Both the position numbers and the translations under genes were made by a program. From Octopus bimaculoides (Eukaryota), in contig NC_068993.1 in NCBI RefSeq assembly GCF_001194135.2, forward strand, positions 26,055,321 through 26,119,320: a stretch of DNA of 64,000 nt, given 5' to 3'. Under the pieces are notes generated by a model, which had not been told where the DNA came from, did not search any database, and saw only the letters and a list, made by a program, of their open reading frames with translations. How positions within the stretch are numbered: position 1 is the first letter of the stretch; the number at the start of each line of letters is the position of its first letter. Positions 36,946 to 50,317 of this stretch are shown piece by piece.

Positions 36946-39900
36946 AGCAGCAGTAGTAGTAGTGTTACTAGAGTGCAGAAGACTGTTTGGGGGGAGTCCT
37001 TATGTTACATTCCTAACAATGCCTATTATTTCCCCTCAAATCCTCTCTTAATTACGATTCAGCCTCACGAAGGACTAAAGATCACTTTTGTCAGAAAATA
37101 TAGATAATACTTTAAGTGGTTGGTAATTTTTTAGAATCCATCATTCCTATGTTAAAGAGAGTTGATATTTATTTCCAAATAGTGTGTTCTATAAAGTATC
37201 ATTGTTTAATGTTTGAAGTACACACTTTTCCAGATTCATCTTTATACAGTCCTAAAATGTTGAAAAAAAAAAAAAAAAGAGATCCAATTAAAAATTATTT
37301 GGAATATTTCTAAAGCATGACAATATATTAATAATGAAGAATGAGTTGGTATGCTTCTGGTCAGTTGTGGGTGAAAGACATTTATTAAGCACAGTTGGGC
37401 AGTTAAAACAGGAAATTAATTGTTTTCTGCAGCCGTAATGCTAATTATAATCATGTGGAGACACACTGGTGAAGACCAAGAGGGTAACTTGAAGTGCCTG
37501 CAATGAACACTTACCAATTAGAAGAATGGCCTTGACTTATATTTTTTCAAGTGTCTTTGGTGATGGTAAAAGGTACCACCCTAAATGAGGGAGCAATTCT
37601 TAAGTGGTGTACAGAACTCATGACAAATGAAGAGCTGTAATATTTCTATTTTTAATTGCAAATAATGTCTAGAACAAGATGGGAAGCAAGCTTTTCACAA
37701 CTGTGATAAGAAAAACTTTATAAAGCACTTCAATATTAATACAAAAGATTGATTTGTTAAGACAAAGAGAGAAGGCAGCAAAGAAAACTATTGAAAATTA
37801 TAAGAATCAAGAAAGAATACTAACAGTAGTTGAGCCACACATGATTGCTAACCAATTAAAGGGCAGATAGCAGACTTCGCTTATATCCAAAACTGACAAC
37901 ATACCGCCAACAGAACAATTGAAGATGATGGCTATTCATCAAATGAGTTTCACTAATCTCATGATTTACTTGAAGCAACTAGAAAGCTTGTTAAAATATA
38001 CCAACAATCACTAAAGGCTGCAATGAATTTGAAAATTACTCAAAGAATAACTAATGGCTGAAATGCCATCAGAATTTTTAATGAATGGATGATGCTGTAT
38101 AATAGAACATCAAAGTCTATATTGAACTTTTCCAATTTGGAGGATTATTATCAATGTATGACAACATATCCTTTTCTTCTTCTTTTTCATAAGTCTACCA
38201 ATTAGATAAAATATAGAGTCAGTTTGTAGCTTCACCCTGTATTCTAGTCAGAGACCTGTAGTTTTTATATGACTAGCTCAACACAGTAAACTGTCATAAA
38301 AATACAAGCACTAATTAAATGATAGCAACACAATGTAAAATAGCATCTCTTGTATCAACAAGATACATGAAAACATAAACAAATAAATTATCAAAAGTAA
38401 TAGAGGTTTGAACCTGTTTTTAGTTTCACTAAAGGTGACATGTTAGCAGTTATTGTGTTTCTCTATTTATCAATAATGAAAACAGAATAATGATGATCAA
38501 AAAATAAAAGATTCAAATTCTGGTACATATAAGATATATTACATTTATATTAGCCATCTTTCTTGAAATATAAATGCCATTCTATATACTAAGCATTAGA
38601 AACTAACTTATCAATTAAAAGGCTCCAAAGACTGAGACATGTACCTAAACCCACAGAACCAAGTATGGCTATGCTAGCATGGCCACAACAGAAACCTATA
38701 AATAAAAGATTTTAATATTGTTGATAAAACTAATGCATAGGAAGGGTAGGTGGAGAATTAACAAAATGATGTTTCATGACATAAAAAACATTTCTTAAAA
38801 ATTTAACTTCCACTATTAAATTATGAAAAATAAAAACTTTTTTAAATGGAGTTTTTAGTCCTTCAGTCACACATTTCATAAGAATCACATTAACTCTGTG
38901 GAAAGAAACCATATCCTGATTGCAAACTCTGAACATGGAATTGTATAGTATCAAAGGATTGACCATATTCAGTTGATCATTACTACTTTCCTGTTAATCT
39001 AAGCATTTTTTTGTTGTTGTTGTTGTTGTTTAGTCCAGCAGTTGAGATGGGTAAGAAGACTGTAGAACCAAAGTGAATACCTAACAAAGAGTGGGGTGTA
39101 CACTTTAAAGATTAGAGTTAACCACATGCCACCTATCTGACACTTCTCAAACAAAAGAGGCTGGTGCCCTGCAATAGCTAAGACAAGGATACTACTCCTA
39201 TTGTGATATATTTTGAAAAGAGAGAGAGAGAGAGAGAGTGAAAATATATTCATAATTTCTTTGGAATAAACAGAAGATATTTGTATAAAAGAATGATCCA
39301 TAGATAATTGAAGTAGTCCATTATTTTATAACACTCTACTTTTGGTTAACTTTTGACTACCAACTTTCCAAATACTTTTTGAAGATCACTTTCCCTGCAA
39401 GTCTTGAACAACATAATGCCAACAGACCTCTGTAGGTCATTCAGTAACTATCCATTACTGAACTGGGACACCAAGCACAGGTGACATGCATAAGCCTGCA
39501 ATTGACTGCATCATACCCAGTATTTGACAAACATTTATTTTATTAATCTCAGATGAATGAAAGGCAGTGGGATTTGTACTCAAAACATAGAGGGCTGTAA
39601 TTAAACACCAGATGGCATTTTTCCCAATGATTCTTCCGATCCACAGCTCTCTTCTGAGGTTAAAATTGGCAGCATGAAGCAGTGAATGAAATACAGCTCA
39701 GACCACTGTTCCCTGCATCATCACCATTGCCAAGAATTAATCACAAATAATGAAGACTAAATTTGAAATCAATAAAAATAAATATTAAGGGCTGCATTTA
39801 TGGTCAGTGAAAGAAGAGCATTTAAATGAAAAATTAAACCAAGCAGTAATACAACAGTGAAGATGATGATGATGATAAAAATGATGATAGTTATGTGATC

Positions 39901-40104
39901 GAAGAGATTCAGATTAAGAATTAAATTTGGATAAGAGATACTTAGTTCACTAAAAACATGCCCACCCCCCATTCTTTAATATAAATACAAGGTTTAACAA
40001 AGAAATCTGATGAGTTTTAGAGAAATTACAATGTTGCCAAATATATAAAATATTTGGCAACCTAATGTGTGTCATTTATAAACATATAACACTTAAGTAA
40101 CGTT

Positions 40105-40760
40105 TTCACTTAGTTTTGAAAATTACATCATTCGAATGCTTCGCAGTGTGCTCACACACTTATAGCCTAGTCTGAAAGTTTGGTATGGTATGTTGCACTA
40201 TGTTTTGTCACAATCTTTCAATGAATAGCAGCTTTCAATTCATCTTGTGTGCATGGTTTATTGATGAACATTTTCCCTGTGAAATGTTCATCAATAGTCC
40301 AAAATTTCCTAAGGAAATGAACATAAAGCAAAAGGTCAAGTGATCAATTAGGCATAACATGTCGTGATGTTGAGAAATGATACAATTAGTTACCATTTCT
40401 TTAATGTCGACGGAAGCTCTTGTATACGGGCAGTCTATCTTGTTGCAAAAGTCATATGTTAATGACATGTCTGTTCAATTCTGAGAAAAGGTAGTAGTGT
40501 AACAGGAATTCAGAATTCAGACATGCTACTGCAAATCCACTTTCTCCAAAGAAATACAGTTCCATTACAACTAAGTTTGTTACACAACATCACATTGGTA
40601 CACATTTACAGAGAAAAGGTTGCTCAGCGTTGTTGAGGATTGCTGTCTGATCACTTTTCTCAAGCACATTGTTCTACTTATTGAACAATCAGAAACTTGT
40701 ATGAAAATTTTAATCAAGATGCAACATCCCTCATGCACTATAATTTCTAAATTACCTAGC
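40105..40760 (-). pseudogene. decayed mariner-group (maT/DD37D-like) transposase remnant
   Basis: Frameshifted minus-strand motifs in order: NPQQ, LYFFGESGFAV..NSE, ELNRH, LLQQD, IISQHHDM, NFQTRL, NDVIFKT*; TIRs not identified. Confidence 0.55.
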
Positions 40761-41019
40761 AGAGTCCCATGAGAATTGGCTACCACCTACCTAACAGTTT
40801 CAATATTCTCTAGTGTTTGGGCAGGTCACTCACCTCCTGCATTTCCTTTTAATGCTGAACTAGTCAACCTGAAGTTTTCTACCCATGACAACATCCTATT
40901 CTGATTAGACACTTTACTATGACTTTCCACATTAAAATGCAAATGAAGTTTTGCAGTATTTCAGTAACTGAGTTGCAAATTAAAAAAAAAATATCTCAAT
41001 CAGGCACAGGTATAGCTGT

Positions 41020-41400
41020 GCAGTAAAAAGTTTGCTTTCCAACAACATGGCTCTGGGTTCAGTTCCACTGCATGGAACCTAAGCAAGTGTCTACCACTAT
41101 AGCCCTGGGCTGACCAAAGCCTTGTGATTAGATTTGGTAGACAGGAGCTGAAAGAAGCCTGTCATATATGTATATGTATTTATATGTGTGTCTTTGTGTC
41201 TGTGTTTTGCCCCACCACCACCGCTTGACGACCATTATCAATATGTTCATGTGTCCATAACTTAGCAGTTCAGCAATAGAGACTGATAGAATAAATAACA
41301 GGCTTTAAAAGAATAAGTACTTGGGTTGATCCATCTGATTAAAATTTCTTCCAGGCAGTGCCTCAGCATGACCGCAGTATGGTGACTGAAACAAGTAAAA
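41020..41400 (+). mobile_element. tRNA-derived SINE, family A
   Basis: Collinear with 50318-50725 from head to gactgaaacaagtaaaa. Confidence 0.85.
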
Positions 41401-41744
41401 GGTCACACAGGTAGGATGTTGCATGTTCCACTGCTTCTTAGGTACTGAAATAGCAGTATGTGTACAGTTCGACATCACCAAGTATGTGATCTGTCTAGTC
41501 CCATCTGTCATACAACCACTATTTTAAAGGAAGCATTGTCTTCCAGATGGATCATGTTGTGTCACAGAGGACTAAATTTTTGGATCTGCTTTTTGCTATT
41601 AGCATATTTTTGATTCCACTCCTATGGCAAGAATATGGTTTTTGCTTATCAACCACCCTCTAAGCCCTCTTTAAGTGCAGTTACACTTAATGGAGGTAAA
41701 AACAGAAATTCTTTTAATGACAACATGAAATAGATGTGTTTTAA

Positions 41745-43915
41745 CTTTTACTTGTTTCAGTCATTTGACCGAGGTTATACTGGGACACTGTATCCAAGGG
41801 TCTTAGTTAACCCTTTAGACTGACCATAACTGGCTGAAAATTATTCCCCTTTATTTGTTTGAATTGGCCAAATCTGGCTGTATCTGATTTCTCTACAAAA
41901 ATCACCAAAAAAACAAACAAATCACATTATTGAATTCTCATAGCTTTGAGAAAGCCTTTCCTGTGTTTATTCAAGTAAAAATATGATGAAATTTTTGAGA
42001 TTTCTTGTTTTTTTTTTTTTTCTCACCGTCAGAATAGAAGTGTATATCTTAGTTTTTAACAATATGACGTCAGCAAGTAGTGATTCCAACTTCAAAGGTT
42101 TTATTCTTGATGATGTACAAAATATAAACGGAAACAACAGTGATTTGTCTTCAGATGATTCACATTGACATTTATGAATCTTCATTGGACGAGTAAGATT
42201 TTGATAATGAAAGTGATGAAAATGACATTGTAAACATTACGGCAACATAGTTGAAGATTACTACATCAATTCCCGATTTCACAGAAAAGACTAGTCCACA
42301 ATACAGTCTACCTCCCGACACTCAACCATTGAACTATTTATTTTTATTTTTACTGAAAAGTGTTTTTGAAACTGTTGCAGAGGAAACAAATGTTCAATGC
42401 ATAATTTCTATTCATGGAAGACCTGATCCACTGAGGCAGCCAAATGATACTGAGGAAATGCGAGCTTTTTTTAGTATAAACATTGTTTGGTATCAAACAG
42501 CTTCCTCAACTGTGGAACTACTGGAATCCTGATATAAGGTATGGTGATCCATATATCTCCAGCATTATGTCTAACTATAGTTAATTCATATATTGTTTAT
42601 GTAAAAAGTCACCGAGGATTACAACCATTTGAAATTTCAGGTTGACATCACATCTCAGTTATGTCAAGGTTTTTCTTCCAGGAAGCATAGAACTGGGAGA
42701 AAAGCAAAATTAACTGAGGTGGATGTCAACAGAAAAAATATTGACTTCCATAAAGTGGAAAAAATAAATGGAAGGAAAAAAGTTTGCAGACTGTGTTCAC
42801 TACAAAAAAGAAAAACTGCGAAAGGATATCAGGTCGAGACATCATATATTTGTTAGTTTTGCAAAGTGCCCTTGTGTAAAAGGGTTCTTTGGACAGTTTA
42901 ATGATAGAAATATGGCATAACTATATTTTGTTGTTCGATAGTAATACTATCATTTATTCCTTTCATTTTATTACAATAATGTGAAAGTGAGAAATACATA
43001 TTAATTTTCACTATGTTACACATCTGTATTCACCTTTGCCTCACCTGTTAATGAGCTTTTATTTTATTAGATGCATTTTGTTATGTAAATGTATTCAGTG
43101 AATTGTATAAGAGTACATAGCCAATGGTATATTGGCTAGTAAAAGAGTTTTGTACTTTATTTTCAATGAAAATGTTTGAATGAAATATAGAGAAAGAGTA
43201 AAATCTTGTAGCAATTATACCTGTATTTTAATTAATTCAAATTAATGTACCTCATCTTGAAAAGTGGCAAAATTTTTGGCAGTTGACATCTGGGATAATT
43301 TTAGTAACAAACCTAACAGGTAAAATGCATTAAGAATTTCAATTTTAATATCTATCCATAATGTTATTACTTTTATACCTGCCCATAAAAGTCAAATTTA
43401 ATCAGTAAGATTAGTTAAAATTAAATAACTTTAATCCACTGGTATATAAGCATTAACTGACAAAATTTCAAATTTGTATGTAAAAAATTAACAAAGCTAC
43501 AAGCAAATATTGTGGACATCCCTCTTGAACCTGAATAATTCAAAATAATGTGAACAAATAAGCATTACATTTGACAAATTAATCTGAACACTAAAGGGTT
43601 AAATGAATTGAGCCCCAGTACTTGTTTCTTTAAGTCTGGTAATTATTCTATTGGTCTCTTTTGCCAAGACACTACGTTACAGGGACATAAACAAATTAAC
43701 ACTTGTTGTCAAGCAGTAATAGAGGACTAACACAAAGACATGCAAACACACACACAACATTCATATATATTCAATTGGCTTCTTTCAGCTTCTGTCAATC
43801 AAATTCACTCTTTGGGTGATCTGAGGCTTATAACAGAAGACAGTCACCCAAGATGCCACATGGTGAGACTGAATCCGGAACCATGTGGTTGGAAATCAAG
43901 CTTCTTATCACACAG
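41745..43915 (-). mobile_element. family-A SINE split by the piggyBac insertion (41745-41810 and 43599-43915)
   Basis: Removing 41811-43598 and one TTAA rejoins ...gggtcttagTTAAatgaattgagccccag..., collinear with 5262-5430. Confidence 0.8.
41811..43598 (+). mobile_element. internally deleted piggyBac transposon
   Basis: TTAA|CCCTTTAG ... CTAAAGGG|TTAA; acidic N-terminus (42062-42240), PLNYLFLFLLKSVFETVAEETN, EMRAFF, then directly the C-terminal cysteine-rich domain CRLC...ETSYIC.FCKVPLC; catalytic DDD core absent. Confidence 0.88.
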
Positions 43916-44879
43916 CCACAACCATCTCAAATTATTTGCATATCACATATAAAAGTGCTAAAAAGTATATTTTCTGGTATTTGGTTTATCAATGCAGGAT
44001 AGAGAGAAGCTGACCACAACAAAATTCAAGTCGTAAAAAAAAAAAATGAAATAGTGCCAAGTTCTGTGGCACAGGACAACTGACTCAACATTCCAAATCC
44101 TGTTTGAGCCAATTTCAAAAACACAAAGCATAGAAAATTAGATAAATTCTTTGAGGTGGTGGTGGTGGGTCATCTCTTCTTTATTATTATTTTTTTTATA
44201 TTATTCTGACAAATCTCTATATATATGTGAAGGAAAAGTGAACAGATAAAGAATAATCATGAATTACTGTCACATATTTTCTAAATCTCAGAGAATCATT
44301 TTACCCAAGATAGATAAATGACTTCTTTTTTTTTTTTTTTTTTTTGAGAAGGGAAAGGTTTCACTGTTAGATATATATATCAACAACAACAATAATAATA
44401 GTATAGCAACACTGATGAATGATGTCACCCTATGAACTGCAAGAGATGCTAAACTAGTGTTTATATCTGGATTCTGTGGCATTAAGCAGACAGAGTCAAA
44501 TTTCCTATTGGTTCAGACACTGATTTAAATCAAGTAATACTCTCACATGCAATAACTGACTTTCCCACAGCTACGTAAAGAGAAGAGGTGCAGAATTAAG
44601 TGTTCTGCCCAGAGATAGTGACACACCCCAACAAAATATTAACTCGTATCTCAAGAGATATCCAAGGCCTTCAACACCAGCCACCTCTACTATACCAACT
44701 TTTATCAAATTATCAAATCACACTTTTGTTATTTAAATAAAGGGGGGGGGAGATAAATAACATAATATAGTCCAAGCTGGCCATGAAGAAACAGAATTGT
44801 CATCACTGGAATGCCTTTGATTATTGGTCAGGATTGAGCTGAAATGAAACAAGAACATCCAGTTGCTGTCACAAGCCAA

Positions 44880-45131
44880 CAAGTGTGCTCTCAACCATTT
44901 TTTGCCCATGGACCCCTTTGATTCCTGTTTTACAGAGGGGTTGACCTTAATAGCCACTTAATGTCTAAAAACTATTATATTTTTATGATTAAATATTATT
45001 AGGAATTTTGTGCATTGCAGAAAATATTTTGTCCATTGTAGAAATATATCCAATTTATTGCACATAAATTTTAACAGCAAAATTTTATATGGGACCCCAA
45101 GAGCTACATGGACCCTGGTTCATAACCACTG
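44880..45131. mobile_element. hAT (Charlie-like) MITE, inverted homologue of 3874-4130
   Basis: ctctcaaccattttttgcccatggacccctttgattcc ... ggttcataaccactg, followed by ctctagat. Confidence 0.65.
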
Positions 45132-46187
45132 CTCTAGATGATAAATCTACCTGCTAGAAATGATAACCAAATTTTCCTCATATTACACCTTCCTATCCTT
45201 AAAGAAAGGTATATTGAATAATGTAGTCCTTGATTATCCTATAAAAGAAAAGATGGCTACAGTAAAAAATACATCGGATCAAATGTTTGTTTGATTGGAG
45301 TTATTGCCATGGGGTGAAACAACAACAACCAATCAGTGCCACTACAACTACTACCATCACAACACAACAAGTGATATCTTCTGTACCAACAGTAAAATCA
45401 TACAGCAAAAGATATTCTACTTATTTTAGAACCAAATCAGAATGCAGATTTGATGTGGTTGACAGAGGAAATGGTATGGTTAACAACATAGCTCACACAA
45501 TTCAAAATAACTAAACTTAGTAACATTTAAGAGAGCAATTGTCTTACTTAGTCCAAACTAACTATGCACTAATTTTGGTATTTTTACTTTTGGTTAATTA
45601 TTTTATTTGTAATGTTTTATTTGTTTGCTGGCACCATGCTTAGTAATCAACCTGATTTGGCAACATCTGACCTGCTCTGTTGTGGAAGTAACATGGAGAG
45701 TATGGCATTCTTAACAGTAGACCACTACGCAATTATCGAGTCCAGCTCAGATACTGAATACTTCATATGCATGAAACATGGTACATTGCTGAATCCAGTA
45801 CAGTCTAGTCTAAATGCAGCCATGCACAAAACATAACACATATTTATTTTTCAATTGTTCTCATATCCCTTTCAGCATGATTAGTTTAGAGTAAATTTGT
45901 ATACTACTGAAGCACTTTTACAGTTGAATGTCTTGGCTATGTCTAACTACTTAAGAATCAGTAGGTCAGTTATATAGACCAAGACTATATAACCATGACT
46001 TGCCTAAGTATAGAACATAATAGTTGCAGTAGAATTTAAACTCATAAAACGTGTGATCAATAGCATAGCATAATATGGTGCTAAAAATATTAGCAACTTT
46101 ATACTAAGTTCAAGTTTGACCATATACTGAAACTTATGTGCCTGTGAATGAAATTTCTATATCTAACCAAAGATAATCTAATATATG

Positions 46188-46480
46188 TGAAGGTACATGC
46201 TCTAGTGCTCAGGGTGCTGAACTCACAATTGGTTTCAGTTCCCAGAGTGGCAGTGCATTGGATGCTTGAGCAAATCACTGCATTTCCTATTGCTCCAGTT
46301 CACTCAGCTGTAAGTGGGTAACCCTGTGACAGATATTGGTGTTCTGTTCAGGAGGAACGTTAGCCTCCCTACCTAAGCTGTAGGAGTGGCATCATTTGAA
46401 AGTTGCAACAATGCAAGGAAGTGCATTGTGACCAGTGGTGTATAACAACATCCCATAATCTGGTCAATACAGTGATACAG
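46188..46480 (+). mobile_element. tRNA-headed SINE, family D
   Basis: gtgaaggtacatgctctagtg head and ttgagcaaatcact / gtaaccctgtgacaga core shared with 58500-58751. Confidence 0.65.
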
Positions 46481-46857
46481 TTAATATTATATATACACAC
46501 ACAATGATGATGATGGTGTATAGCATGTAGAAAATGCATAGGATTAACACACAGAAAACAATCTTAATAGATAGAATAATTACTCAACAAGTGTACCTGA
46601 TAGAATAATTATTATATTATACTGTGCAGTGTAATGTGAATGGGTTAACAGAAATTGCAGTAAGGATCTCTAAATGAATTTAAAACAATTTACAAAAACA
46701 ATTGACTTAAAAGATGACATGTTTGTTTTATAAAATACACCCATCCACACATTTCATTTCAGAATGTGAAAAACATCAGAAAATTCTAAAACCATGTCAT
46801 AAGTCCATAACTTGTGATTATCAAAAATCTTATGATCTGGATCGGCGGCGGTGGCAG

Positions 46858-46859
46858 TG

Positions 46860-46933
<74 letters not shown>
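46858..46933. repeat. (TAG)n microsatellite
   Basis: Direct reading. Confidence 0.95.
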
Positions 46934-47639
46934 AGCTAAATGTTCCTAACAGGTGCTGAAAGTCGTTATCTTGGTTAATTACCCATAGCATCTTATATGC
47001 AGTTTATTAATAGCAGTGAAACTCAACATCATTACAGCAGACATCTGTTACATATATTGAAGATTTTTCACTGATTTTTACTTCAGGCCACCTAAGTCCC
47101 CAAGTTAGTCTAAAGTCAGTTATCATCTTCCTCCTCCTCCTCATCTTCAGCAGTTTAACATTTGCCTTTCTATACTGATATCAATGGGACACTAACAACA
47201 ACAAAACAGTTATGACAATAAAGAAGGGAAACTTGATTTTAAAGTCGTAGCTAATGAGGCTAAATATTATTCGTGTCAAATAGTTTTGTGGAGAGAGAAA
47301 GAGAGACTCTCAAATAATTAGACTGGCTATTACTTTGATTTACAATAGTAATGATGATGAGGTGGAGAGGATATGAAAAAGAGGGTAAAGGGATTTTATA
47401 ATATCTCAAAAGCAGCAGCAATTTATGAAACAGCTTCAGCTGGGACTCCAAACCATATTGCAAGCTGAGCCTGCTACTGCATGCCACATAACTATCATTA
47501 CATCTGATAATTTTCATACACAACAATATTAATACATTTCAAATCATCTCCCATTTGCAAAACTTATTTGAATATTTTTTCCAGGCTCAAGAATAGTATC
47601 TGAAGCAAAGAAGCTAGTTATGTAAATGTATATCTTATA

Positions 47640-47965
47640 TCTTTTACTTGTTTCAGTCATTAGATTGCAGCCATGCAGGGCAGCGTCTTGAATTATTGTT
47701 AGTTGACTGAATCAACTCAAGTACATTTTTTTTTAAAGCCTAATATTTATTCTATCAGTTTCTTTTGCTGAACCACTACATTACAGGAACATAAACCACC
47801 AACACCACACACACACACACACACATATAACAAACTTCTTTTCCGTTTCCATCGACCAAATCCATTCACAAAGCCTGAGACTATAATAGAAGACATTTGT
47901 CCAAGGTGCTTGGCAGTGGGACTGAACTTGGAACCATGTGGTTGGGAAGCAAGCTTCTTACCATC
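47640..47965 (-). mobile_element. tRNA-derived SINE, family A
   Basis: Reverse complement of 50318-50725. Confidence 0.85.
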
Positions 47966-48416
47966 CAGCCACATTTGCACCTATGTTTATGAAATCTACT
48001 CAGGTGTAACTTATATCAAAAAAATGAAAGATACAAAAATCTTTATAATAATGACTGCTTGCATCATCACACAAAGCCAAACACAACTGAGTGGATCCCA
48101 GTATGTGACTGGTACCTAGTTAATTGATCCAAGAAAGATGTAAGTTGAAAGTGGCAGTATTGAAATTTGAAATTAGAAAAGCTGCACTAAATTCTCCACT
48201 ATTTTCACAAAACAACTTCTCACAATAATGATAACAATAGTAATTATTGTTCCTTACTTAGACAGGAAAACTGAAAACTATACGAAAGTAATGAACTTAG
48301 CATAATTTAATTTTTTCTATAGCCAGACATGTTTTCAGCAGAAACAAAGATTAGGAACAAATGACATCTGTCTAGGACTATTCATATCATAAGAAAAAGA
48401 GACACATATGTATGCA

Positions 48417-48464
<48 letters not shown>

Positions 48465-48469
<5 letters not shown>

Positions 48470-48975
48470 AGAGGCACTTTTTTAGATTCCATGTTACAAA
48501 TCCACTCACAAGGCTTTGGCCAGCCCAAGGCTATAGTAGAAGACACTTGCCGAAGATGCCATGCAATAGGACTGAACCTAAAACCACATGGTTAGGAAGT
48601 GAGCTTTTCAACTACACAGCCGGACACAACTGTATGTTCGCTTCCTGATTTGGGCTAGTGTCTTCTACTATAGCCTTGGGACACCTAAAAGTGGATTTGG
48701 TAAACAGAAACTGAAAGAAGACCGGCACAAGCATGCGCATATGCGCACTCATGTGTGTGCATGCACATGTGTAAGAGCATTTGACTTTGTGTTTGTACTC
48801 CACTACCACCTGACAACCAGTGCTGATGTGTTTATATTACTCAGTGGTTCTGCCAAAGAGACGGATAGAATAAGAGGCAAGCTTAAAAGAAAAAGTACTA
48901 GAGTTGATTTGTTCAACTAAAATTCTTCATGGCAGTGCCCGAACAAAGATGCAGTCTCCTGACCGAAACAAGTAA
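48465..48975. mobile_element. two divergent family-A SINE pieces (48465-48625 minus, 48650-48975 plus)
   Basis: Each aligns to 50318-50725 in opposite orientation. Confidence 0.7.
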
Positions 48976-48994
48976 AATGATAATGTGTATATGT

Positions 48995-49690
48995 GTGTGT
49001 ATCTATGTACGTATGTAGCTATGTATGTATGTCATTATTCAGTTTATTTCAAGAATTCTTGCCAATAGAGAAAGAACCAGTTTCTAACCTAGATCCAAGG
49101 CTCCTTCATTGGAATTTCAACATCAACAACAGGGTATTTTTGTTTGTTTGTTTGTTTGTTTGTATGTATGTATGTATGTATGTGCAGATTTGTATGTTTT
49201 ATGTATGCATTCTCATGCATATAGTTACATATCTAGACATGCTCATATATATCTAAATGATAAACTTCGGGGAAGTTTTACAGATTTTTACAGTTCCAGT
49301 GATGGATTGGATCTGTAGTCTTCAAATTAGCTTTCTCCATTCTGGTTTTAAGAAGCCTAATTTCGCAAGATTGGTATTTAGGCATTGTGTTACATATCCC
49401 ATGCCCCCAATAATTACAGGTATAAAACTGAACTTGTAATCTGGATAGAGTAACTGCAAATTTCTCAATAGTTCAGCATAGGTGTTCTCTTTTTCACTGA
49501 TCTTCAGCTTTATGTTAATATCTGCTGGGCAGCTAATTTCCACCACTGGGCACAGTTTCTCTTCTCCATCCCAAATCATTATATCAGATCAGTTGTGCTT
49601 ACACTTTATTGAGGTCTTCACTGGTACATTCCACCAGTATTCTTTTTCATTATGAATGTCTATGGCTTCTACTACATTGTGGGTTTGTAC
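48995..49690 (-). mobile_element. R4/Dong-like non-LTR 3' fragment (REL domain, 3' UTR, (CATA)n tail)
   Basis: Single minus frame KEYWWNVPVKTSIKCKHN*SDIMIWD...VEISCPAD...KENTY...IPVIIGGMG...LI*RLQIQSITGTVKICK..KFII* ending at 49253; aataaa and CATA repeats downstream. Confidence 0.75.
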
Positions 49691-49786
49691 GTACATATGT
49701 ACATACATATGTATGTATGTATGTATGTATATGAGATGTAATATAAACACTATTCTTTTTTTTTTTTTTTTGACTTGTTTCAGTCA

Positions 49787-49796
49787 NNNNNNNNNN
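49787..49796. other. assembly gap (10 N) with duplicated flanks
   Basis: About 46 bp before the gap is repeated immediately after it. Confidence 0.95.
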
Positions 49797-49814
49797 AATA
49801 TAAACACTATTCTT

Positions 49815-50180
49815 TTTTTTTTTTTTTGACTTGTTTCAGTCATTTAACTGCAGCCATGCCAAAGGACCACCTTGAAGGGTTTTACTCAAGCAAATCAACC
49901 CCAGGACTTATTATTTAAGCCTAGTACTTATTCTATTGATCTCTTTTGCTGAATTGCTAAGTTATGGGGGATGTAAACACAACAACACTGGTTGTCAAGT
50001 GGTGATGGACATACACACACATATATATATATACGACGGGCTTCTTTCAGTTTCTGTCTACCAAGTCCACTCACAAGACTTTGGTCAGCCTGAGGTTATA
50101 GTAAAAGATACTTGCCAAAGGTGCCACACAGTGGCGCTGAACCTAGAACCATGTGGGTGGGAAAGTAAGCATCTTACCAC
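49815..50180 (-). mobile_element. tRNA-derived SINE, family A
   Basis: Reverse complement of 50318-50725. Confidence 0.85.
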
Positions 50181-50209
50181 ATAGCCACATATATGTGTGT
50201 TTGTGTGTG

Positions 50210-50270
<61 letters not shown>

Positions 50271-50317
50271 TATATATATGCATATATATATGCATACATA
50301 CATACATAATTTCAATA

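Larger units (their letters stand above)
30040..38030 (+). mobile_element. possible very decayed Gypsy LTR retrotransposon body, interrupted by younger insertions
   Basis: Remnants in Gypsy order: gag-N-like EVFDKFII.FE/RYLRLMKLD (30070-30170), CCHC knuckle ECPAADKQCFNC/HFVK/VC (31594-31655), RT-like VKLKK (about 35490), weak integrase-side motifs near 37900-38010; no LTRs found. Confidence 0.3.

Noticed and set aside
49741-49845. Tandem duplication of about 46 bp around a 10-N gap
   Set aside because: Typical unmerged contig overlap; assembly artefact
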